Shown here: in pieces, positions 57,641 to 64,000 of the stretch
How positions within the stretch are numbered: the stretch's first letter is position 1
How the letters are laid out: each line of letters begins with the position of its first letter
Assembly (NCBI GenBank): GCA_050943595.1
Contig: JBMNPM010000003.1
Location: 86,476 to 150,475, forward strand
Length of the DNA stretch: 64,000 bases
Origin: Thermoleophilia bacterium
GTDB taxonomy: Bacteria; Actinomycetota; Thermoleophilia; RBG-16-64-13
Reading direction: 5' to 3'
The notes under the pieces: generated by a model
What the model was told of the DNA's origin: nothing
The model's database searches: none
The model's input: the letters and a program-made list of their open reading frames with translations, nothing else
Made by a program: the position numbers and the translations under genes

Positions 57641-59563
57641 TCAGCCCCCGCGGTCGTCCCGCCGGTTGAGCAGTGAGAACGCTGCAGCTGCGATGGCCTT
57701 CGGTGAGAACCCCACCTGGCAGCGTAGAGCAGGCAGTGGGCCGTGCTCCACAAATCGATCCGGCAGGCCGATGCGTCCTACGGGGATACAGAACCCTTGC
57801 TCACTGAGCACTTCGAGAACCAATGAGCCGAACCCGCCGGCCAGCGCATTGTCCTCCACCGTGAGTAGCGCACGATGGGCTGCTGCCAACGAGCTCAAGA
57901 TTGTGACATCGAGAGGGCGCACCCGCCTGACGTTAGCCACCGTCGCCCGAATGCCCTCCTGCGCGAGGAGAAGGGCGGCCTCCTCAGCCCATCCCACACC
58001 GGGCCCCAGGGAGAGGATGGCTATGTCAGATCCTGCGCGGACGACCTCAACCCCCGGTCCATCGAGTGGAAGAATGGGCCGCGGAAGAGGTACACCCATG
58101 CCTGCCGAGCGCGGATAACGGATGACGGAAGGCCCATCCAGGGTGAGCGCGGTCGCCAGAAGCCCCTGAAGTTCGGCCTCGTCTTTGGGTACAAACAGTG
58201 TGAGGCCGGGTATAGTCCGCAGAAAGGACAAATCAAAAGCTCCATGGTGAGTGGGCCCATCCTCACCCACCAGCCCCGCACGGTCCACCGCGAACACCAC
58301 CGGGAGTCCCTGCAGACAAACATCGTGGATGATCTGATCGTAGGCCCTCTGCAGAAAGGTCGAATAGATGGCCACGACCGGACGTTTCCCCTCCGCAGCA
58401 AGCCCGGCGGCGAAGGCAACTGCATGGGGCTCGGCTATGCCCACGTCGAAGAAGCGTTCGGGCAGAGCGCGCTGCAGGAGATCGAGGCCGGTGCCATGGG
58501 CCATAGCGGCCGTGATTCCGACAACCCGCTCATCATCGCGCGCCAATTCCACCAGAGCCTCACCGAAGGCCCGGGTGTACGTCGTGGGTGCCTCTGGATC
58601 GGGCCCCTCCCCATTAGAGGCAGACAGAGGTGGGATGCCGTGATAACGGCCGGGATGGAGTTCCGCCGGCCTGTATCCCTTGCCTTTAGTGGTGCGACAA
58701 TGCAGAAGTACCGGCCCTTCAACGGCCAGTGAGTGCCTGAGACTCGCCCGCAGCTCCTCTATGTCGTGACCGTCCACCACCCCCACATAGGTGAATCCCA
58801 GCTCCTCGAAGATCATGCCGGGAACGAGGACGGCCTTGACGGCCTCTTTCAGCTGGCTACCCATGATCGCCATGCGCTCTCCTACTCCGGGGAGGCGTTG
58901 TACGCGACGTTCCAGGTCGCGGCGCAGACGGTAGAGCGTGGGATCGATGCGGAGGCGTGATAGGTAGTTGCTCATGGCGCCGACGTTGCGCTCAATCGAC
59001 ATGGTATTGTCGTTGAGCACCACCACCAGGGGACTGCCCAGCTGACCTGCGTGATTGAGGGCCTCGTAAGCCATACCTCCGGTCAGCGCGCCGTCGCCGA
59101 TGACGGCCACCACGCGCCCCGGCCGGTCAATCTCAGTCGTCTCAGCGCTCTGCCGCCGACGCGCCTCCAGTATACCCAGGGCAGCACTGATGGATGTGCT
59201 GCTGTGCCCCGTGCCGTAGGCATCGTAAGGGCTCTCCCGGCGGGAAGGAAATCCTGAGAGCCCCCCCTGTGTGCGGATGGAATGAAAAGCCCGCAGCCTG
59301 CCCGTGAGCAGCTTGTGGGCATACGCCTGATGGCCCACGTCCCACACGATGGCATCACGTGGTGTGTCGAGCTCGGCGTGCAGGGCGATGGCCAGTTCGA
59401 CGGCGCCCAGGCTGGAGCCCAAGTGGCCGCCATTGCGGACGATGGTGGCGATCATCTCCTCGCGGAGTTCCTTAGCCACCACACGCAAAGCCGGCATCTC
59501 CAAGTCCCGCAGGGCCCTGGGAAGCTCCAGTTGGTCGATCAGTCTGCAGGCGTTTTTAACCAT
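57641..59563 (-). CDS. dxs: 1-deoxy-D-xylulose-5-phosphate synthase
   Basis: GHSSTSISAALG and TPP-binding motifs; the ATG at 59563 is chosen so as not to overlap nusB (the ORF track runs to 59608). Confidence 0.9.
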   Translation of the reverse strand: MVKNACRLIDQLELPRALRDLEMPALRVVAKELREEMIATIVRNGGHLGSSLGAVELAIALHAELDTPRDAIVWDVGHQAYAHKLLTGRLRAFHSIRTQGGLSGFPSRRESPYDAYGTGHSSTSISAALGILEARRRQSAETTEIDRPGRVVAVIGDGALTGGMAYEALNHAGQLGSPLVVVLNDNTMSIERNVGAMSNYLSRLRIDPTLYRLRRDLERRVQRLPGVGERMAIMGSQLKEAVKAVLVPGMIFEELGFTYVGVVDGHDIEELRASLRHSLAVEGPVLLHCRTTKGKGYRPAELHPGRYHGIPPLSASNGEGPDPEAPTTYTRAFGEALVELARDDERVVGITAAMAHGTGLDLLQRALPERFFDVGIAEPHAVAFAAGLAAEGKRPVVAIYSTFLQRAYDQIIHDVCLQGLPVVFAVDRAGLVGEDGPTHHGAFDLSFLRTIPGLTLFVPKDEAELQGLLATALTLDGPSVIRYPRSAGMGVPLPRPILPLDGPGVEVVRAGSDIAILSLGPGVGWAEEAALLLAQEGIRATVANVRRVRPLDVTILSSLAAAHRALLTVEDNALAGGFGSLVLEVLSEQGFCIPVGRIGLPDRFVEHGPLPALRCQVGFSPKAIAAAAFSLLNRRDDRGG

Positions 59564-60008
59564 CGGATGAGTACTCGCCGACGTCACCCCCGGTCTGCGG
59601 CCCTTCATGACGGGTCCCCTCCGAAGTCTGCAGAGACCCGAGCACGCCGTTGACGAGTGCCCCAGCCTCGTCCGAACAAAACTTTCGGGCCAGCGTCACG
59701 GCCTCGTTGATGGCCACCGCCGCCGGAACGTCTTTCTCCCACAAGAGTTCGTAGACCGCCAGGCGCAAGATCGATCGTTCGAGTACCCCTAATCGCTCCA
59801 GACTCCAGTTGGCCAGATGGGGAACCAAGCGATCGTCGATCTCCTGCCTGTTCTCCGCCACACCGATAACCAGGCGCCGGCTGTAAGCATCAAGTTCGGT
59901 GTGTGTTCCGCGAGCCAGTGCGGCAAGGGCGCTGATATCAAGCAGGTCCAGTTGGTACAGAACGAAGACGGCTTGACGCCGTGCACTTCTGCGTCCGGGA
60001 GGAGACAT
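59556..60008 (-). CDS. nusB: transcription antitermination factor NusB
   Basis: RRQAVFVLYQLDL ... AVINEAVTLARKF all-helical NusB pattern. Confidence 0.9.
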   Translation of the reverse strand: MSPPGRRSARRQAVFVLYQLDLLDISALAALARGTHTELDAYSRRLVIGVAENRQEIDDRLVPHLANWSLERLGVLERSILRLAVYELLWEKDVPAAVAINEAVTLARKFCSDEAGALVNGVLGSLQTSEGTRHEGPQTGGDVGEYSSDG

Positions 60009-60020
60009 CCTGCGACGGCG

Positions 60021-60323
60021 TCAGTTGTCGGACGGAAAGACACCGGCGAACACGACGTCGACACCTGTAACTGTGAGCCCGGTCATCTGTACGAGTGAGG
60101 TGCCGATCTTCTGGCGTACCTCTTGAGCCAACACAGGCAGGTTCTCACCCAGAAGCGCGTTCAGTTGCACCGTCACGTGACACTCCTCTCCCTGCACACC
60201 CACCTCCACGGCACGGGTGCGCGTAAGAGGTGAGGGCGCATGCACCTGCACGCGTGCGTCACCCGCCAGGGCGCCACGAACGATGTCTTCAAGTACAGAG
60301 GTGGCGATCAGATACTCGGTCAT
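60021..60323 (-). CDS. Asp23/Gls24-family alkaline shock protein
   Basis: 100 aa, VQLNALLGENLPVLAQEVRQKI...LTVTGVDVVF; conserved position between accC and nusB. Confidence 0.85.
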   Translation of the reverse strand: MTEYLIATSVLEDIVRGALAGDARVQVHAPSPLTRTRAVEVGVQGEECHVTVQLNALLGENLPVLAQEVRQKIGTSLVQMTGLTVTGVDVVFAGVFPSDN

Positions 60324-61699
60324 GAGCGACTCACGCCTTCCTTGCAGGAGAGAGAGGATGATTCTCTTATAGTTTTGTCCAAGAACCCCGTTGAATAACG
60401 GCCTTCAACGAAGCTCGAATGGCGAAGTATATCAAGATGCAGGTCGCGAGTCGTGGGAAGCCCCTCCAACACCAACTCTTCGAGGCACCGAATACTCCGA
60501 TGGATACACGAGCGGCGATCAACGTCCCACACGATGAGCTTCGCCAGCAACGAGTCATAGAAGGGTGGGACCGCATACCCCTCATAGAGGTGGGTGTCCA
60601 CTCTCACACCGGGTCCGCCCGGCAGGATGAGTCGCGTGACCGTGCCTGCGCAGGGCAGGAAGTTATTGTTGGGATCTTCGGCATTGATACGGAACTCGAT
60701 GGAATGACCTTCGGTCCTCTGTATGCCGGACAACTCCATCGGCTCGCCGGCGGCCAAGCGAATCTGTTCGCGTACAATATCCGCACCACTCACCATCTCA
60801 GACACAGGATGCTCAACCTGCACCCGAGTGTTCATCTCCATGAAGTAGAAGCGTTGTTGAGCATCGACCAGGAATTCGACCGTGCCGGCGCTCGCGTAGC
60901 GGATGCCGGCACAGGCACGATGAGCCAAGTGTTGCAGACTCTCTCTGGTCGATGGATCCAAAAGAGGAGACGGTGTCTCTTCGAGCACCTTCTGGTGCCG
61001 GCGCTGGATGGAACAGTCCCGTTCGCCAAACGTAGCCACCCCCCCGCAACCATCTCCCAACACCTGCACTTCTACATGATGCGGATCTACTATCGCATGT
61101 TCGATATACATGTCGGCGCAGCCGAATGCTGCGTCGGCTTCGGCGGATGCAGCCAGGTACTGCTGCTCGAGATCATCCGGATCTTCAACCAACCGCATAC
61201 CCCGGCCCCCACCACCCGCAGAGGCTTTGAGCATGACCGGGTACCCCACCTCATCGGCAACGGCCGTGGCTTCATGTACACCGGAAACGGCCCCCCGGCT
61301 TCCGGGAACGACCGGCAATCCAGCCTCGGCCATCATGGTCTTGGCAAGTGCCTTGTTCCCAAATTGGCGGATGGCGTCAGGGCTCGGACCGATGAAGACC
61401 AGACCGTTATCCGTACACGCCTCCGCGAAGGCTGCATTCTCAGCTAAGAAGCCATATCCAGGGTGGACGGCATCACACCCTGTGTTCTTAGCGGCCGCTA
61501 TCATGCTGGGTATGGATAGGTAGCTCCTGCGTGCATCGGGAGGCCCGACACACACCTTCATCGTCGCCCGCCGGGTGTGCAGACACTCTGTATCGGCGGT
61601 GGAGTAGACGGCCACCGTCTCCACACCCAGTTCATCACAGGCCCGGATGACCCGGAGGGCTATTTCCCCTCGATTCGCGACCAGGACTCGGCGGAACAC
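60320..61699 (-). CDS. accC: biotin carboxylase
   Basis: MFRRVLVANRGEIALRVIRAC, ATP-grasp, the biotin-carboxylase C-terminal domain. Confidence 0.92.
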   Translation of the reverse strand: MFRRVLVANRGEIALRVIRACDELGVETVAVYSTADTECLHTRRATMKVCVGPPDARRSYLSIPSMIAAAKNTGCDAVHPGYGFLAENAAFAEACTDNGLVFIGPSPDAIRQFGNKALAKTMMAEAGLPVVPGSRGAVSGVHEATAVADEVGYPVMLKASAGGGGRGMRLVEDPDDLEQQYLAASAEADAAFGCADMYIEHAIVDPHHVEVQVLGDGCGGVATFGERDCSIQRRHQKVLEETPSPLLDPSTRESLQHLAHRACAGIRYASAGTVEFLVDAQQRFYFMEMNTRVQVEHPVSEMVSGADIVREQIRLAAGEPMELSGIQRTEGHSIEFRINAEDPNNNFLPCAGTVTRLILPGGPGVRVDTHLYEGYAVPPFYDSLLAKLIVWDVDRRSCIHRSIRCLEELVLEGLPTTRDLHLDILRHSSFVEGRYSTGFLDKTIRESSSLSCKEGVSRS

Positions 61700-61707
61700 T
61701 GGGTATC

Positions 61708-63579
61708 CTATTCGTCGGTGTCCATGACGAAGAGAGGTTGCCCGTACTCGACCGCCGCGCCGTCCTCGACGAGAACGGCCGCGATGGTACCTGCCTCTTC
61801 GGCAAGCATCTCGTTCATGAGTTTCATCGCCTCAAGGACACACAGAGTGTCCCCCTTCTCTACGCGCTGCCCCACCTCTACATAGGGGTCCATCCCCGGC
61901 GCCGGACTCCTGTAGAACGTACCGACCATTGAGGCACAGATCGTACTTTGCGATTCGCGTGCGATGAGAGCGGTGGGTTCAGCCGTCTCATGCTGTGTTA
62001 ATGAGATGGCCGTCTCCTGGGTGGGGGATTCCACGGCAGCCTGCGCCGACTTGCGCAGAGTCACCCGTGTTCCCTGGTTCTCAACGGTGAGTTCGTCCAC
62101 TGTGGATGTCTCCAGGAGGACAACCAGGTCCCGGATCCGCTCAGGACCGAGGTCGCGCCAGTGATCTTCCAAGCCGGTTGCGTACGCCTCGTCCGGAGTC
62201 AATGAAGTGGATAAATCCACCTGCAGAGCAGCCCGTCGTTTGGTGAGAAACGTTCCGGCCGGTCCCGGTGCCAACGCGTGAAGGAGCACGTCGGCGGCAG
62301 ACTGGGCCAGATCGCCTATGCTCACCCGAAAATCGTCGAAGGAAGGGGCCGAGGGTACCGTCGTGCCACAGGCTTCCGCGCCGTCTCCGAGGACGGCACG
62401 GGCGACTTCTGGGGCAACCGCTGTTGTCGAACGGCCGTACTCTCCACGCAGGAAGGCCTTCATTTCGTCCGATACTACGCGCCAACGCCCTCCGTATACG
62501 ACATTGAGGATCGCCTGGGTGGCCACCAGCTGCCCGATGGGGGCCACAAGGGTGACCCCTCCTATCTCTTTCCGGACCCGTTCTATTTCAGCGAGGATCT
62601 CCGCCAGCCGAGTGATGCCTCCATGGTCTCGCAGACGCTCACTCACCTGTAAGAGGAGCTCTCCAGGCATGTCTGTGAGACGGCGAAAGTCGACCCCAGC
62701 GCGCGCAGCTGCGCTACCCGCATGAGCCAACAGCGCTGTACCACCGGCGGTTACGAGTGAAGCCACCGATTCGACGAATGCGACGATCGCATCGATGTCG
62801 GCGTCGATGCTCACACCGGCGTCTTGGAGGGCGGGAAGAAGTTGGGTAAGCGGAAGTGCAGACGGATCAAGCCACTGAGGCGCGGCAGAGCAGTGCACCA
62901 CATCAGCGCCTGCCTCCACCGCAGCAACGGCGGCCATGACGGCCAGCCCCGAACCGTTATCGAAGTCGACCTCCAGACGCAGGGGCATGACGTCCCTGAT
63001 AGCCGTCACCACATCGGCGGCCATCCGCGGTCCCAAAACACCCGCTGTCTTGATGCAGATGGCATCCGGCCCCATATCGGCCATCTTCCGCGCTAGAGCC
63101 GCGCTTTCGGCCGGCCGCACAGCCGAACCGCCGACCTGGATCATGGCCAACGTCACCTGAGCTCCCACCTCACGTATGATCGCGGTCATACGCTCCAGTG
63201 CAGCCAATTCGTTCAGAGGCTCGTAGACAAGGAAAGAACCCACACCACAGTCCACCGCCTCCCTGACGAACTCCTCCACCACCGTCCAGGAGTATGGTCT
63301 GAAACCCAGGAGACACCGTCCCCATAGAGTCACCTGCGCCGGAGTAGCGGTCACATGGGTCACCAACGCCCGCAGCCTCTCGAAAGGACTCTCCTCAAGC
63401 ACCCGCAAGGAGTGATCGACGGTCATACCTCCGCACGCTTCGACGGCACAGAAACCGGCTCTGTCGAGGGCCAAGAGTGCAGGAAGAAGGGTGCCTATGG
63501 AGGCCTGAGAAGGCGAAGTGAGATTGACCAGCGACCGGAGACTGGTATCGGCCAAGCCGACCTTGCGCACCGGCGCCAT
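61708..63579 (-). CDS. carboxyltransferase-5S-like (OadA/PycB-like) domain with degenerate active-site motifs, fused to a C-terminal biotinyl (BCCP) domain
   Basis: N-terminal TIM-barrel homology to OadA/PycB (VRKVGLADTSLRS.. aligns with IKRVGVTDVVLRDAHQS), but DAHQS appears as SLVNL and HLHCH as LEVDFDN; the carboxylated-Lys context (ICIKTAG) is retained; C-terminal VLEAMKLMNE biotinylation motif. Confidence 0.8.
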   Translation of the reverse strand: MAPVRKVGLADTSLRSLVNLTSPSQASIGTLLPALLALDRAGFCAVEACGGMTVDHSLRVLEESPFERLRALVTHVTATPAQVTLWGRCLLGFRPYSWTVVEEFVREAVDCGVGSFLVYEPLNELAALERMTAIIREVGAQVTLAMIQVGGSAVRPAESAALARKMADMGPDAICIKTAGVLGPRMAADVVTAIRDVMPLRLEVDFDNGSGLAVMAAVAAVEAGADVVHCSAAPQWLDPSALPLTQLLPALQDAGVSIDADIDAIVAFVESVASLVTAGGTALLAHAGSAAARAGVDFRRLTDMPGELLLQVSERLRDHGGITRLAEILAEIERVRKEIGGVTLVAPIGQLVATQAILNVVYGGRWRVVSDEMKAFLRGEYGRSTTAVAPEVARAVLGDGAEACGTTVPSAPSFDDFRVSIGDLAQSAADVLLHALAPGPAGTFLTKRRAALQVDLSTSLTPDEAYATGLEDHWRDLGPERIRDLVVLLETSTVDELTVENQGTRVTLRKSAQAAVESPTQETAISLTQHETAEPTALIARESQSTICASMVGTFYRSPAPGMDPYVEVGQRVEKGDTLCVLEAMKLMNEMLAEEAGTIAAVLVEDGAAVEYGQPLFVMDTDE

Positions 63580-63584
63580 ACGGT

Positions 63585-64000
63585 CTACGCCCTAGTGACG
63601 TATTCGCGAGTACGCGTATCCACCCGCACGACATCCCCGGGCTCGATGAATAGCGGCACCTGCACGCTCGCGCCCGTCTCTAGGATGGCTTCTTTGCTGC
63701 CGCCAGACACCGTGTCTCCACGAACGCCGGCGGCAGTCTCTTCGACCTTGAGATCCACGAACGTGGGCAGCTCCACATCGAACGGATCACCATCCACGTA
63801 GATGACCTCCACCTGCATGTTGACCGTCATAAGGTCAAAGCTGTCCTTGAGAGTGCTCTTGGGCAGAGACAGTTGCTCAAACGTCTCGGCATCCATGAAC
63901 ACAACTTGGTCGGGTTCATCATAAAGGTAGGTCATAGGCCGGCTCTCAGTGTGCAACTGATCGAACTTGGTCTCGGGACGGAAGGTCTTCTCGACCAGCG
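63585..64000 (-). CDS. efp: elongation factor P, C-terminal two domains (5' end beyond the window)
   Basis: EILETGASVQVPLFIEPGDVVRVDTRTREYVTRA C-terminus; the frame stays open to nt 64000. Confidence 0.85.
   Translation of the reverse strand, partial: LVEKTFRPETKFDQLHTESRPMTYLYDEPDQVVFMDAETFEQLSLPKSTLKDSFDLMTVNMQVEVIYVDGDPFDVELPTFVDLKVEETAAGVRGDTVSGGSKEAILETGASVQVPLFIEPGDVVRVDTRTREYVTRA

Overview
High-GC (about 63-65% by eye) bacterial chromosomal segment, densely packed with housekeeping genes. Gene order is strikingly Bacillus-like in two blocks. On the + strand (1-25.7 kb): secD-secF-[phasin-like]-ubiB-like kinase-recJ-relA-MBL hydrolase-hisS-aspS, then a ~270-nt noncoding stretch where Bacillus carries 6S-1 RNA, then a lipoprotein, mnmA, a small stress/sigma module (DUF948, YtxH-like, RsbW-like anti-sigma, SigB/F-type sigma), alaS-ruvX(yqgF)-mltG-aroE and a type IV pilus ATPase/platform operon pilB-pilT-pilC. 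On the - strand (26-64 kb): an actinobacterial-type gcvH-FHA-MerR(FtsR-like)-apt block; a low-GC patch with an NDP-sugar transferase/pseudo-phosphohexomutase fusion, an SLH-anchored 7-bladed beta-propeller (tectonin/PLL-like) surface protein, an integrase C-terminal remnant and tRNA-Pro(GGG), which looks like a decayed integration scar; then gpsA, plsY, der, ispH, a continuous cmk-plsC ORF bridged in frame by a copy of a ~120-bp dispersed repeat, aroA, tyrA, DAHP synthase, rluB, an M50 protease, a DHH-CBS-CCA-adding enzyme, a phosphopentomutase-PNP fusion, xerD, a NUDIX hydrolase, an M20 peptidase, pyrG, recN, nadK, tlyA, dxs, nusB, asp23, accC, a degenerate carboxyltransferase-BCCP protein at the accB position, and the 3' part of efp. 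No CRISPR array, no rRNA, one tRNA. The most notable items are the tRNA-Pro integration scar with the SLH-propeller gene, the dispersed repeat that fuses cmk to plsC, the BCCP carried on a protein whose carboxyltransferase motifs are lost, the candidate 6S RNA locus, and several multidomain fusions whose secondary domains have lost their catalytic motifs.
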